A DNA stretch of 64,000 nucleotides, from assembly GCA_963841015.1 (NCBI GenBank), contig CAWJAX010000005.1, positions 256,001-320,000 on the forward strand, given 5' to 3'. Numbering within the stretch: position 1 is the first letter of the stretch; each line of letters starts with the position of its first letter. This stretch comes from an uncultured Methanoregulaceae archaeon. Lineage in GTDB: Archaea; Halobacteriota; Methanomicrobia; Methanomicrobiales; Methanospirillaceae. Made by a program: the position numbers and the translations under genes. The notes beneath the pieces were generated by a model. It was not told the DNA's origin, ran no database searches, and saw only the letters and a program-made list of their open reading frames with translations. Positions 40,839 through 51,254 of the stretch are shown here, in pieces.

Positions 40839-41776
40839 TATATCACCATATTTGTCTCTGAGAATGGCAGAATTTTTACAAGGATATAGTCCCGCATCCG
40901 TGAAGGAACAATTTCAGAGAGATCGCCCAGCTTAATACCGTCTTCGATCTCGAGCATCCTGAGATCACCGGCAAATGTATCGTATGGCAGCTTAACACGA
41001 AGCCCGGCCATCTGAACCGTGAGTGGTGTCGGAGAAGTGACCCCGTTTATCGCAGGGACCTTTTCTTTAATTATACCCATTAGTCTCGCAGGAGAAACAG
41101 AGAGGGGATCTTTCTGGATATCTTCTCGCTTTTTTTCCAGTACCCTGATGATCTCAGCGATAATCTCATCGAGTTTTTCAAGCTCGTCTGCCTCTTTTGT
41201 CCGGCGCATGAACCTCCCGACATTGCCAACATAACCCTCTACTGGTGGATCTATGATCTTTTTGAGGGTTTCTTTGTCCGGGCCCCCGCAGAGCACGATA
41301 GGGATCTCAATTCCTCTTCGAAGAGTTGGCATTTTATATTCAATACAAGTCTCAAAATTACCCATAAGATATACTGCAATATCGTGTTCGTTGATTACAT
41401 CCCGCTCCTCATCATTTAAGCCGGCGATCCGTTTTCCCGGACCACGGGCGAGACTGACCATATTGCTTTTGGCCCCTATTCGCCGCACATATTCAGCGAT
41501 ATCGCAGGAGGGGTGGGGCAGGTGATGGATCTCAAGACTCATACTGACAATCGCAATCTCTGTACCGACCAGCGGAGTATCAGTTACTTCCCCAAAAAGG
41601 GGTTTTGCTATCTGGCGGATAAGTTCAATATCCTCACGGGGAACAAAGCACTGGAGCACTACCTCCGCTGCGATTACATGTTTTTGGATTATATACCCGC
41701 CAAGGTCCTCAATCAGATCTGTGATAATATCATGCTGGTAGATACCTCCCTTGTAGGTAATCGGGACAAGTGTCAT
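40838..41776 (-). CDS. mmp7: Methanogenesis marker protein 7
   Basis: GTEIAIVS..HHLPHPSCDIAEY.R..GAKSNMV.LARG and GNFETCI; cluster position. Confidence 0.9.
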   Translation of the reverse strand: MTLVPITYKGGIYQHDIITDLIEDLGGYIIQKHVIAAEVVLQCFVPREDIELIRQIAKPLFGEVTDTPLVGTEIAIVSMSLEIHHLPHPSCDIAEYVRRIGAKSNMVSLARGPGKRIAGLNDEERDVINEHDIAVYLMGNFETCIEYKMPTLRRGIEIPIVLCGGPDKETLKKIIDPPVEGYVGNVGRFMRRTKEADELEKLDEIIAEIIRVLEKKREDIQKDPLSVSPARLMGIIKEKVPAINGVTSPTPLTVQMAGLRVKLPYDTFAGDLRMLEIEDGIKLGDLSEIVPSRMRDYILVKILPFSETNMVI

Positions 41777-42354
41777 GGTACCTCCCCCATTCGTGCAAAC
41801 CTGTCCCTTACTATTTCATCGATTTTTTCATTTAACGTGTTTTCACTCGCCACAAAAGAGAATTTTTCTTTGTTGAATTTCTCGCTGCGCAGGCGGAATC
41901 CTTCCGGTGCAATACACCGGAACGCATAGATGAGATCCTTATAGAGCGACTCGCTCGGATCGGCAACAATAGTCTCTTCGATCTCTTTGAGGTCTGCCTT
42001 GACATCATACAGGATAACCGTGAAGCGATCTGGCTGGTCCACATGGTCTTTACCGAACTTCTGCCAGAAAATTTTAAGCATGGGTGCAAGGTAGGTCTCA
42101 TCTGAAATAACGAGCGTGATTTTTCCTTCGAGAGGATTCACATTGGCAAAATCCCCCACCCGGACCTGGGTTGTGATCTTTTTCAATATTCCTACTGCAA
42201 CAAAGAGCGGCACTTTCGGATCGATATAGATGTGAAGCTTATGGATAACTCTCAGGAGGTTGTGGTCCAACAGGACGTCGTTTGTTATCTGCCTGTAGTA
42301 CTCAGCACCCACCGGTTCGGGGCATTCCACTTCAAAGTACTCAATGGCGGGCAT
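41773..42354 (-). CDS. mmp17: Methanogenesis marker protein 17
   Basis: DETY, QPDRF and PEGFR..ASE; between markers 15 and 7. Confidence 0.88.
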   Translation of the reverse strand: MPAIEYFEVECPEPVGAEYYRQITNDVLLDHNLLRVIHKLHIYIDPKVPLFVAVGILKKITTQVRVGDFANVNPLEGKITLVISDETYLAPMLKIFWQKFGKDHVDQPDRFTVILYDVKADLKEIEETIVADPSESLYKDLIYAFRCIAPEGFRLRSEKFNKEKFSFVASENTLNEKIDEIVRDRFARMGEVP

Positions 42355-43593
42355 CTAATCGTCCTTTATAAATCCTGATACAAGCAATGCCGACCCAACC
42401 GCACCAATATACTGCGAGTAGGGAGGTACTACGATCTTCGTCTGGAGCAGTTCACCCATCGCAAATACGAGCCCCTCAATGAGTGATGTGCCTCCGACCA
42501 TGATAACGGGCTCCTTAATATCAACTTCCTGCAGCTGCTGTTCAAATACCTGTTCGGCAACACTATGACACGCAGCAGCAGCCACATCTTCTCGGGTACT
42601 GCCTGCTGCGAGTGCATTGACCAGGCTCTGCGTCCCGAAAACAATGCAGTAACTGTTCATCGGCACACGTCCTCCGAATCCTTTCATGGAAAGCGGACCC
42701 AGCTCGGTAATATCAACGCCGAGCCGCTTTGCCGTCATCTCAAGGAACCTGCCACTTGCCCCGGCGCAGATCCCCCCCATCGTGAAGACTCCTGGAATTC
42801 CATCCATAACTGAAATTGCCTTGTTGTCCATCCCACCTATATCAATAACCGTTGCAGGCCCATGCTGCCGGTTGGCAAGATATACCGCTCCTTTCGAGTT
42901 TACGGTCAGTTCTTCCTGTATCAGGTCTGCACGGATCTCTTTCCCTACAAGGAAGCGGCCGTATCCCGTGGTGCCGACCGCCTGCACCTCGTCCCTCGTG
43001 ATTCCCGCTTCTGAAAGGGCATGGGCAATCACTTCCTGAGCGCTTTTTAAAACTTCTGTGGTTGGCTGCCAGCCTGTGCCGATAATCTTGTTGTCCTTCA
43101 TCACAACCGCTTTTGTAGTTGCGGAACCCGAGTCCAGCCCCAGTGTTATACCCTGCTGGGTTTCACGTGCAAGGAGTGCGCGACGACGGGCAATTGTCGT
43201 TAGCGCCTCCATACGGGTAAGGAGTGTTCCCGCAGTCGTCCGTTCAGTAAATGAGTAGCTGACAACCGGAAGTTTCGAATGCTCATTGATGTAACGTCTG
43301 AGTTCATTACGAACGATTGCTGCTTCTGCACACCGGAAACAGGTTGCAATGAAGACCGCATCTGCTTCCACCCGCCCCTCCACGAGTGCCATAGCTCTGG
43401 CAATGGCGAGTTTCAGGTCCGGGCTTCTTACATCCAGCCCGAACATATCAAAATCCCGGCGTATGTCTTTGAGAGCGACATCCGGGTAAAAAATCTCGCC
43501 CCCCACATCTCGTGCCGCGGACTCGATCTCGTGCTGGATCCCGGAATATTCCGGCCCGCAGGAGAGTTGTGCAATGCGTACAGGGAGTGTCAT
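42355..43593 (-). CDS. mmp15: Methanogenesis marker protein 15 (BadF/BcrAD-type ATPase activase)
   Basis: [42 protein letters not shown] and CIVFG. Confidence 0.92.
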   Translation of the reverse strand: MTLPVRIAQLSCGPEYSGIQHEIESAARDVGGEIFYPDVALKDIRRDFDMFGLDVRSPDLKLAIARAMALVEGRVEADAVFIATCFRCAEAAIVRNELRRYINEHSKLPVVSYSFTERTTAGTLLTRMEALTTIARRRALLARETQQGITLGLDSGSATTKAVVMKDNKIIGTGWQPTTEVLKSAQEVIAHALSEAGITRDEVQAVGTTGYGRFLVGKEIRADLIQEELTVNSKGAVYLANRQHGPATVIDIGGMDNKAISVMDGIPGVFTMGGICAGASGRFLEMTAKRLGVDITELGPLSMKGFGGRVPMNSYCIVFGTQSLVNALAAGSTREDVAAAACHSVAEQVFEQQLQEVDIKEPVIMVGGTSLIEGLVFAMGELLQTKIVVPPYSQYIGAVGSALLVSGFIKDD

Positions 43594-44036
43594 TTCGAAC
43601 CTCCCAGTTCTATAAGGAATCGTTTGATGGCAGCCACGAATTTCACGCCGTCCTCCTCATTTTTTGGATAGAACAACTCGAGTTTTGGGATCTCTTTCTG
43701 ATGGAGGAGGAACTTAACCAGCTCATTGGTGCGGGCACATCCCATGCATCCGAAAGCGAGATCTGCATCATTGATGATGATGGCAGCTTCACATTCCCCG
43801 ATCATAGGTCCATAGAGAGACATTCGGCCCCGGACACCGGCTGGCACTTCGACCGCTGCCCACTTCAGTCCTTTTTTTGGCTCTTCAGGAGTGATCTGGA
43901 GTGGGGGGGATTCGAGTCCTGCAGTCTGGACACGTTCACGAATAGCTGTTGCTGATGACAGTGGGGTGTGCCCGAATCGTGCCACCATGTCAGAGAGGAT
44001 AAGGCTGGTTGCAGGGTAGATAAATACTTTTACCAT
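43590..44036 (-). CDS. mmp5: Methanogenesis marker protein 5
   Basis: [23 protein letters not shown] and [11 protein letters not shown]. Confidence 0.92.
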   Translation of the reverse strand: MVKVFIYPATSLILSDMVARFGHTPLSSATAIRERVQTAGLESPPLQITPEEPKKGLKWAAVEVPAGVRGRMSLYGPMIGECEAAIIINDADLAFGCMGCARTNELVKFLLHQKEIPKLELFYPKNEEDGVKFVAAIKRFLIELGGSK

Positions 44037-44037
44037 T

Positions 44038-44496
44038 TCAGGACTCCTGTGCATCGATCAGTTTCTTGAGTTTGTAGATGTCAAGCAGCGGGCGTTCCCG
44101 AGGATTTTCCGGAAGAGGAATGGTCATTTCATCGTGTTTTTTGAGTTCTTCAAGCCCGTGTGAGACATAGGGAAGTATCGTCATCTCGTGCTCCATACCA
44201 TTGTATCCAGGCCGTGCACCGCCGAGATTCGCTCTGCAGCGGCGAGGATCCCCCGGAGGAAATCCGCGGTCTTTGACAAATATATGATCAGGATCAAGTA
44301 TCCGGAGTCCAGCAATGACGCGATCGACCTCACCGTCTTTACCACTAATGACAATCCCAAAACAGGTCTCCTTGATCATCACACCCTGTGAGATCTCATA
44401 GGCCCGGAGTGCAAGATCAGCCGGTGTAATATCGAACGATTCTACCACAACGTACCTGGTTACCGTACCTACATGTGTCGGGGTATATCCGGTCAC
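44038..44496 (-). CDS. mmp6: Methanogenesis marker protein 6
   Basis: IKETCFG and FVKDRGFPPGDPRRCRA..GGARPG. Confidence 0.92.
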   Translation of the reverse strand: MTGYTPTHVGTVTRYVVVESFDITPADLALRAYEISQGVMIKETCFGIVISGKDGEVDRVIAGLRILDPDHIFVKDRGFPPGDPRRCRANLGGARPGYNGMEHEMTILPYVSHGLEELKKHDEMTIPLPENPRERPLLDIYKLKKLIDAQES

Positions 44497-46034
44497 CGCT
44501 TTACCACCCTGATATACATATTCTCCTTCTCCTTTACTTTTTTCAGTTTTTCCGTATCGATAACACGCCCAAGAATATTCGTACCCTCAAAAGGCTCGGA
44601 TGTGGGACCGAACTCTTTATTTGCTGACAAGCGCACGCCAACGAATCCGGAAGCTTTGCGGGAATCATTGGTAATTGCAAGTGTGGCCCCAGGAACTTCG
44701 TCCTTAGGCGTGTTCTCAGGATTGATCTTGGTCCCTGCCGGAATGACAGATCTGAACAAAATTACGTCATCGAATTTAAAAAAGACCGGTATCATCCCGG
44801 CATCGTGTTGCTTAAGACCTGTAATTCGGCGGAAAATGTCGCAGCTGACTGGTGCTTTTTCGTCATCCAGCTCAATATCTATTACTTTTTCCAGGGAAGC
44901 CGTCGTTACCGTAACCATCCGCTCTTTGAGGACATCCAGGGTATTACCTGGATCCTGCGAGACAACAATTCTCTCTCCCTCTTCTTTATCAACGTTCAGT
45001 GAAATTTTCTCTGCGGCAGCGATCTCCTTTGCCTTTGTGAGGGAGAGTCCGAGAAGATCAATCCGTTGAGGTAGAACACTGATGGTGAAGATATCGTGTT
45101 CTTTAGCCAGTTTTACCAGTTCAATGCCATGTACAATCTGGCCGACAACATCGTGAACGGGACTGCTGGGAACATCATTCCGGTAAATATAGATACCTCC
45201 GGCAAGTTGCCCTGTGGTTCGTACGGTAACCGTCCCCTCCCTGCGTGGGTGCCGGAATTCTGGTTCGATATCTTCAGTACCTGCGAGCCGGGAATCAAGG
45301 ATATGGGTGCTCGTCACCCGGCTGGCAGAAAATTTTCCTGATCGGAGTGCCAGAAGCAGGTGTTCGACACTACCAGCAGCTTCCGTCGTGATCTTATCGG
45401 GAGTATACCCCTGAGCTATCACGTTTACCCTGGTAACGATCTGCATTCCACCTTCAATAACGAGGCTCATGTCATTTGTAGTGAAGGAACGGCTTGTGTC
45501 CGCCCAGCTGATGACCGGCTCGATTTTCGTAATGCGGTCCCCTGTTGTCCAGCGGTCGAGTATCCCCCTGCCGCTTACAACTTTTGCAAAAACCCCGCCG
45601 CTTTCATCAGCCCCATGATCTGCAGAATGGCGGGACTTTGAGAAAATCAGGTAGGACCGGGCGGGCTCATAACCCCCGCAGCCAAGAATCACATCCCCTC
45701 GTTCGTAGAGGTGGGGTTTACGCACCGGGTGAACCGGTGAGGGAAATGGCCCGAACGCCGAAGCGTAACGATCACTCCAGTGAAGAGTGAGTTTTTGCAC
45801 AATTTCGGGAGATTTAAGGAAAACCTCGTTTCCCCCTGTAATCTCAATCGCGACCTCTCCTGCGGTGGTGCTGAGCGCAAGAGTACCTGTCTTTGCCTGC
45901 TCCTGCGTTGACGGGCGAATAATTGCTACACTACATCCATGCGGATGGTGGGGAATGACAGAACCGAGCGTGCTTCCCTCTCTGACCTCCATCCTCTCTC
46001 CATCGAGGTGGATGGCAATCATTCCACTCGTCAT
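44493..46034 (-). CDS. mmp3: Methanogenesis marker protein 3
   Basis: Cyclophilin-like repeats, PENTP, TNDSRK..GVRL and FGPTSEPFEGTN. Confidence 0.9.
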   Translation of the reverse strand: MTSGMIAIHLDGERMEVREGSTLGSVIPHHPHGCSVAIIRPSTQEQAKTGTLALSTTAGEVAIEITGGNEVFLKSPEIVQKLTLHWSDRYASAFGPFPSPVHPVRKPHLYERGDVILGCGGYEPARSYLIFSKSRHSADHGADESGGVFAKVVSGRGILDRWTTGDRITKIEPVISWADTSRSFTTNDMSLVIEGGMQIVTRVNVIAQGYTPDKITTEAAGSVEHLLLALRSGKFSASRVTSTHILDSRLAGTEDIEPEFRHPRREGTVTVRTTGQLAGGIYIYRNDVPSSPVHDVVGQIVHGIELVKLAKEHDIFTISVLPQRIDLLGLSLTKAKEIAAAEKISLNVDKEEGERIVVSQDPGNTLDVLKERMVTVTTASLEKVIDIELDDEKAPVSCDIFRRITGLKQHDAGMIPVFFKFDDVILFRSVIPAGTKINPENTPKDEVPGATLAITNDSRKASGFVGVRLSANKEFGPTSEPFEGTNILGRVIDTEKLKKVKEKENMYIRVVKR

Positions 46035-47644
46035 GCTGCAGGTTGACTCATCAGCTTGCGCTCTTCTTCAGTAAGGATCGCAAGCACGTCGGCAGTCTTG
46101 CCAATCTGCACGATCTTGCCGCCACGCATAAGTGCGAGCCGGTCACAGACATCCCGTACGAACTCCATATCATGCGAAACGACAATAAAAGTCTCTTCCA
46201 TCTCCTCACGGGAGTGCATGATTGAATGCTTTACATCAATCTTTGTAATGGGATCCATTGTTCCGGTCGGTTCATCCAGAATCACGATTCGCGGCTCACG
46301 GATGAGGACCTGAGCGAGTGCCACACGGTGCCGTTCCCCCTCTGAGAGCTGCGCCGGCATCCGTTCAAGGATCTCCCTGCTCTTTTCATCAGAGAACCCC
46401 GCCATCTTGAGCGTTACGAGAGCCTTTCGCATCGCGAGTTCTTTTGGAAATTCCAGCCCGATCGCATCGGTAAGGTTGTCAAGGACCGTGCGATGAGGAA
46501 AGAGGTCATATTCCTGGTGCAGGAGTCCGATATATCCCGTTGCCCTCCCCCGCTGCTCAATGCCGGGTTTGGTCATGTCTATCCATTCTTCGCCAATCCG
46601 GATATTCATCTCCCCGCTTGTTGGTTCGACTAGACCGGCAATAATCCCTGAGAGGGTAGTCTTTCCCGCCCCACTCTTCCCGATGATCCCGAAGATCTCT
46701 TTGGTATAAACCTCGAAGGTAACCCCGTTTACTGCCCTTACGACACCACGATCAACAGAAATGTAGCGTTTAAACAGGTCGCGTGCAACAACCACTTTTT
46801 CCCCCAACTCGGATTCTTCAAATTTTTCAGAGTCATCATACCCTTTCATGAATTCCGCTATGACTTCCCTTGGAGTCCCAATTTTGGCAATCCCACCATC
46901 CACCAGGAGGATTGCACGATGTGCCACATCTTCAATAACCTGTGAAAAGTGGGAGGTGACAACCATTCCCATATTGTTTGTTTTGGCCGCTTCGATAAGC
47001 ATTGAATGAACTATTCGGGCAGTGCCAGGATCGAGAGTGCCAGTCGGTTCATCAGCAAAGAGCATGAAAGGTTCCTTTGCAAGCTGACGTGCGAGGACTA
47101 CACGCTGTTTCTCTCCTCCTGAAAGGTCACGCGCGATATGCATCATCCTGTGGGACAGTTTTACCTGGTCGATAAGGTCAGCGGCACGGTTGATGGCCTT
47201 CTCCTGGGGGTAATCAATATCATCGAGGGCGTGGAGCACATTTTCGATCACACGGTCATCACCATACAATGCAAAGGTGCGCTGGAACATAATTGCGGTA
47301 CGCCGCATCAACCGGCGTTTAAGGGCTTCGTCCCCCTCACTCCAGAGATCTACGTTGAGTGCAGAGAGTATGCCACCGCAATGAGGGCAGTTTTTCCCGG
47401 CAGAACTCCCTACATCCATGTAATTGCATCCGTTACACGCTGCAACATGGTATATTATCTTTCCGCTTGTCGGGGGCTGTTCAACGCCCCGAACGAGGTG
47501 CATGAGTACTGTCTTACCTGCGCCACTCCTTCCAATAATTCCCAGGATCTCCCCTTCGGCAATCTCAAAAGAAATGTTCTTGAGTACCTCCGTGCCATCA
47601 AAATTCATGCAGAGGTTTTCTACCGTGATCAGTGGAGCCTTCAT
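46031..47644 (-). CDS. atwA: Methyl-coenzyme M reductase system component A2
   Basis: Two ABC ATPase domains (GRSGAGKT/LSGGEKQR and GKSGAGKT/LSEGERHR) with a CxxC..CxxC zinc insert; no membrane domain. Confidence 0.95.
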   Translation of the reverse strand: MKAPLITVENLCMNFDGTEVLKNISFEIAEGEILGIIGRSGAGKTVLMHLVRGVEQPPTSGKIIYHVAACNGCNYMDVGSSAGKNCPHCGGILSALNVDLWSEGDEALKRRLMRRTAIMFQRTFALYGDDRVIENVLHALDDIDYPQEKAINRAADLIDQVKLSHRMMHIARDLSGGEKQRVVLARQLAKEPFMLFADEPTGTLDPGTARIVHSMLIEAAKTNNMGMVVTSHFSQVIEDVAHRAILLVDGGIAKIGTPREVIAEFMKGYDDSEKFEESELGEKVVVARDLFKRYISVDRGVVRAVNGVTFEVYTKEIFGIIGKSGAGKTTLSGIIAGLVEPTSGEMNIRIGEEWIDMTKPGIEQRGRATGYIGLLHQEYDLFPHRTVLDNLTDAIGLEFPKELAMRKALVTLKMAGFSDEKSREILERMPAQLSEGERHRVALAQVLIREPRIVILDEPTGTMDPITKIDVKHSIMHSREEMEETFIVVSHDMEFVRDVCDRLALMRGGKIVQIGKTADVLAILTEEERKLMSQPAA

Positions 47645-47679
47645 AATACCCTTATACCTAATGTGATACTTGGAACATA

Positions 47680-48537
47680 TTACTTTTTATATGATACATC
47701 ACAGTCGTCACGATCGAAACGTCCTGTTGATGCAAGCGACTTCTGTACGATGGTAACAACTTCACTCACATTTTTTACCACATAATCAGCTTCCCTGTAG
47801 AGTTCTTCCGGCCGGTCACCGGCCTGCTGGATAGTAAGTATTGCAATATCAGCATTCTGCATGGCACAAAGGTCATTGATCCCATCCCCGACCATCAGCA
47901 CTTTGTCATATTCCTGTCGCAGATCATTGACAATCTGTGCTTTTACAGTCGGTGTTGCTACGCCATACACCCTGTCCCGGGGAATACCAAGATGGTCTGC
48001 CATTTTTTCCAGTTTTGTTACCCGGTCACCGGATGCGATGAAAGTCGGTACCCCCATGCGGTGAAGCGCAGTAATTGCTTCTTTTGCACCGTCAAATGGC
48101 CAGCCCCCGGCTGTAATGGCAAATTCAATCAGCTTGTCTGCCATGTTGACAATCGCGCCACTATTCAACGTCACGATCGATTCCGCTTTACAGACGGTCC
48201 AGACATTCCGGATGCATTCCTGAAGATCACTCACCCGGACTTGGCAATCGGTATAGAGCACATCCCCAATCTCTTCTGCAGTAACAATTTTTCTGGTACA
48301 GCTCACACCAAATCCAACGTTATGTTCAACGAGATAGGAAGAAAGGAGCATCTCACCTGGTGTTTTTATGATATCCTTGGAATGCACGGGCAAAACGACG
48401 AGGACACGATCTGGGGAGCTGAAAGTAAGTGTTGTGGTTTCGATACCGGGCAGAAGTTTTTTGTGGCGGATATCCTTTGCAACCCGGTACGTGTTCAGGA
48501 GTGTTCCCGCACTGTCAAAGACAACCGCTAATGACAT
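47680..48537 (-). CDS. HAD-family hydrolase (soluble P-type ATPase-like)
   Basis: VFDSAGTL, ASGD, K and MVGDGIND motifs. Confidence 0.88.
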   Translation of the reverse strand: MSLAVVFDSAGTLLNTYRVAKDIRHKKLLPGIETTTLTFSSPDRVLVVLPVHSKDIIKTPGEMLLSSYLVEHNVGFGVSCTRKIVTAEEIGDVLYTDCQVRVSDLQECIRNVWTVCKAESIVTLNSGAIVNMADKLIEFAITAGGWPFDGAKEAITALHRMGVPTFIASGDRVTKLEKMADHLGIPRDRVYGVATPTVKAQIVNDLRQEYDKVLMVGDGINDLCAMQNADIAILTIQQAGDRPEELYREADYVVKNVSEVVTIVQKSLASTGRFDRDDCDVSYKK

Positions 48538-48585
48538 GGTGATACCCGGTGATAAACTCTATGTACTTTTCTGAACATTGAATCA

Positions 48586-49557
48586 ATGAAGCTGATGTTC
48601 GTAACTGAAACCGCAGAGAAGATAAAGAGCATGGAGATTAGGGGTGCCGGAAGAATTGCGCGTGAGGCTGCTGAAGCACTCCGGCGTCATGCGACAGAAA
48701 TCCGGGCTGAGGATATCAGGTTTTTCCAGCATGAGATGGATGCTGCCGCACAAATCCTGATCGCAACGCGCCCGACAGCGGTTTCCCTTCCGAATGCTGT
48801 ACACATTGTAATGTCCGGGCTTGAGCGGGCAGTGACCCTTGAAGAGGCGCGGAACGGAGTCATCAGTCGCGCAGAGCAGTTCATTCACTCATCCCGGCAC
48901 GCAGTGGAAAATATCTCACAGTTTGGTGCACGCCATATTCGCGACGGGGACACACTTCTTACGCACTGCAATTCTGAAGCTGCGCTTGGGTGCATCATTG
49001 AAGCGCACCGGAGCGGCAAAGAGATTGAGGTCTTTGCAACAGAAGTACGCCCGCGAAACCAGGGATATGTTACCATCAGGACCCTCAATGATGCCGGTAT
49101 TAAAACCAACTTCATTGTTGACTCTGCTGTGCGCTCGTTCATCCATGAAGTTGATCTTGTTATCGTTGGAGCCGATGCTGTAACGGTTAATGGCGCAGTG
49201 GTGAATAAAATCGGCACCTCTCAGGTTGCCCATACCGCTCATGAAGCGCGGGTGAATGTCCTTGTCGCAGCAGAGACCTACAAGTTTGCACCCCGGACAA
49301 TTATCGGAGAGCTCATCACGATAGAGGAGCGTGCGGGAAATGAGATTCTCACCGATGAAATAGCCCGAACACTTCCGCAGGTTACTGTACGTAATCCAGC
49401 GTTTGATGTGACGCCGGCGGAGTATATCGATCTTATCGTAACGGAGGCAGGTGCTATTCCGCCGCAGATGGCCTATACCATCATCAGAGAGTACCTTGGA
49501 TGGGGCATCGAAGAATTCCATAAATCCTTTGAGATGAATACCAGAAATGAGGAATGA
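48586..49557 (+). CDS. Ribose-1,5-bisphosphate isomerase (eIF-2B-like)
   Basis: MEIRGAGRIA, TRPTAVSLPNA, THCNS, EVRPRNQG, GADA, NKIGT and NPAFDVTP. Confidence 0.93.
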   Translation: MKLMFVTETAEKIKSMEIRGAGRIAREAAEALRRHATEIRAEDIRFFQHEMDAAAQILIATRPTAVSLPNAVHIVMSGLERAVTLEEARNGVISRAEQFIHSSRHAVENISQFGARHIRDGDTLLTHCNSEAALGCIIEAHRSGKEIEVFATEVRPRNQGYVTIRTLNDAGIKTNFIVDSAVRSFIHEVDLVIVGADAVTVNGAVVNKIGTSQVAHTAHEARVNVLVAAETYKFAPRTIIGELITIEERAGNEILTDEIARTLPQVTVRNPAFDVTPAEYIDLIVTEAGAIPPQMAYTIIREYLGWGIEEFHKSFEMNTRNEE

Positions 49558-49607
49558 GTTGTGAACGATGTTTCAGATAGTGTGGACAACACCTGAGGGA
49601 GATACGC

Positions 49608-50426
49608 ATGGAAATACCATTTACCAAACTTCACGGGAACGGTAATGATTTCGTATTGATCGATGAGCATGAGAAAATCGTTATACCGGATGATATGAAA
49701 GGGCAGTTTGCGGCAATTTATTGTGACCGCCGTTTCGGGATCGGGGCGGATGGGGTTATCTATCTCTCAAAATCTGAAAAAAGCACGCTCAGAATGCGTA
49801 TTCTCCAGCCGGATGAGAGTGAAGCGGAAATGTGCGGGAACGGCATCCGCTGCCTTGCTAAATATGCATTTGATGCCGGGTACGTAAAGGATTTTTGCAC
49901 CGTGGAAACCCCTGCCGGGGAGATCAGTGTCGCCATGGGGTATCAGGAAGACGAATTTTCTGCAACGATTACCATGACAACACCGAAATTTGACCGGAAA
50001 GACATACCGGCAACCGGGGAGGGGGAATACAAGGAAAGAATAGGGGAGTTCGATGTTTACGCGGTAAATACCGGCGTCCCCCATGCAGTTATTATCGTTG
50101 ACGCCATCGATGCCATGGATGTCGAAGCAGTGGCTCCTCCAATCCGTCACCATGCAACATTCGAAAAAGGGGCGAATGTGAATTTTGTTGAAAGAACCGG
50201 ATCTGACAGTATCAGGATACGCACGTTCGAGCGCGGTGTGGAAGAAGAGACGCTCTCCTGCGGTACCGGCGCTACGGCATCTGCTGCAGTTATGCACAAA
50301 CTGGGATACACCGGGGATACCGTAAATGTTGAAACACGGGGAGGTCCCCTCACCATCTATCTCAAAGACGGTGCAAAAATGGAAGGGCCGGCGACAACGG
50401 TTTTTTCCGGAAAGATCTCCTACTGA
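49608..50426 (+). CDS. dapF: Diaminopimelate epimerase
   Basis: KLHGNGNDF, EMCGNGIRC, GVPH and ERGV..ETLSCGTG. Confidence 0.96.
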   Translation: MEIPFTKLHGNGNDFVLIDEHEKIVIPDDMKGQFAAIYCDRRFGIGADGVIYLSKSEKSTLRMRILQPDESEAEMCGNGIRCLAKYAFDAGYVKDFCTVETPAGEISVAMGYQEDEFSATITMTTPKFDRKDIPATGEGEYKERIGEFDVYAVNTGVPHAVIIVDAIDAMDVEAVAPPIRHHATFEKGANVNFVERTGSDSIRIRTFERGVEEETLSCGTGATASAAVMHKLGYTGDTVNVETRGGPLTIYLKDGAKMEGPATTVFSGKISY

Positions 50427-50576
50427 CCCTTCAATATACCCTTCCTTTTTCTGTCAGATACAACCTAATGACATTAATGGGGAGAAATTTCTCGGAATAT
50501 GAGCCGGATGAAAATAATATGGCTGAAAAAATACGAAATAGTTGCTATCCTTTTTAACCAGGGAAAAATCGTATGA

Positions 50577-51254
50577 TTACTCTCGCACCCCTATCCCGTC
50601 TTCAACGATTTCAAAATCAAAGGAGGCCCCTTCTGGTTGTGATCGGTGTTTGACGAGCCGTGCCCTGCGGAATCCAGGACGGTCAGTCTTTTCGAGCCGG
50701 ATAATTACTTTGGAAAGGTGCTCCAGTGCAGTACCCCCGAGGCCGAAGTAGGTGTTTTTCAGGGTATCCATGTATACCTGGTTGGTGATAATCACCGGGA
50801 TATCATAACGTTTGGAATACCCCAGCAGCTGGATCATCTGCCGGGTGAGCATCTGAATCGAGTCCCTTCCCTTCTCAAGATCGGTGCGGTACAATGCAGT
50901 GGCAGAGTCCATGACCAGCAAACCTGGTTTGTGGGTCTTGAGAACCTTCTCGGCTTCTGCAATCATGGCTCCCTGGTGTTCGAAGTCGATGGGTTCGAAC
51001 AGGAAGAGCCTGTCGGCAATTTTTTCCGTATCCTCCCCAGCAATCTGCCGGAACCGCTCAATGGAAAAACCCTCAGAATCTATGAACACAACGGTCTGTC
51101 CGGACCGAAGGCAGGTAACCGCAGCGATCATGCATAACGTACTCTTGCCACTCGCCGGTTCTCCATAGAACTGGGTAATTGTCCGCACTTCAAGTCCGCC
51201 ACCAAGCATCCGGTCCAGCGCGGTATTCCCACTGCTCCGGCGGTCCGTTTTCAT
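50577..51254 (-). CDS. radB: DNA repair and recombination protein RadB
   Basis: GEPASGKS Walker A, TNQVY and the C-terminal KHR motif typical of RadB. Confidence 0.94.
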   Translation of the reverse strand: MKTDRRSSGNTALDRMLGGGLEVRTITQFYGEPASGKSTLCMIAAVTCLRSGQTVVFIDSEGFSIERFRQIAGEDTEKIADRLFLFEPIDFEHQGAMIAEAEKVLKTHKPGLLVMDSATALYRTDLEKGRDSIQMLTRQMIQLLGYSKRYDIPVIITNQVYMDTLKNTYFGLGGTALEHLSKVIIRLEKTDRPGFRRARLVKHRSQPEGASFDFEIVEDGIGVRE

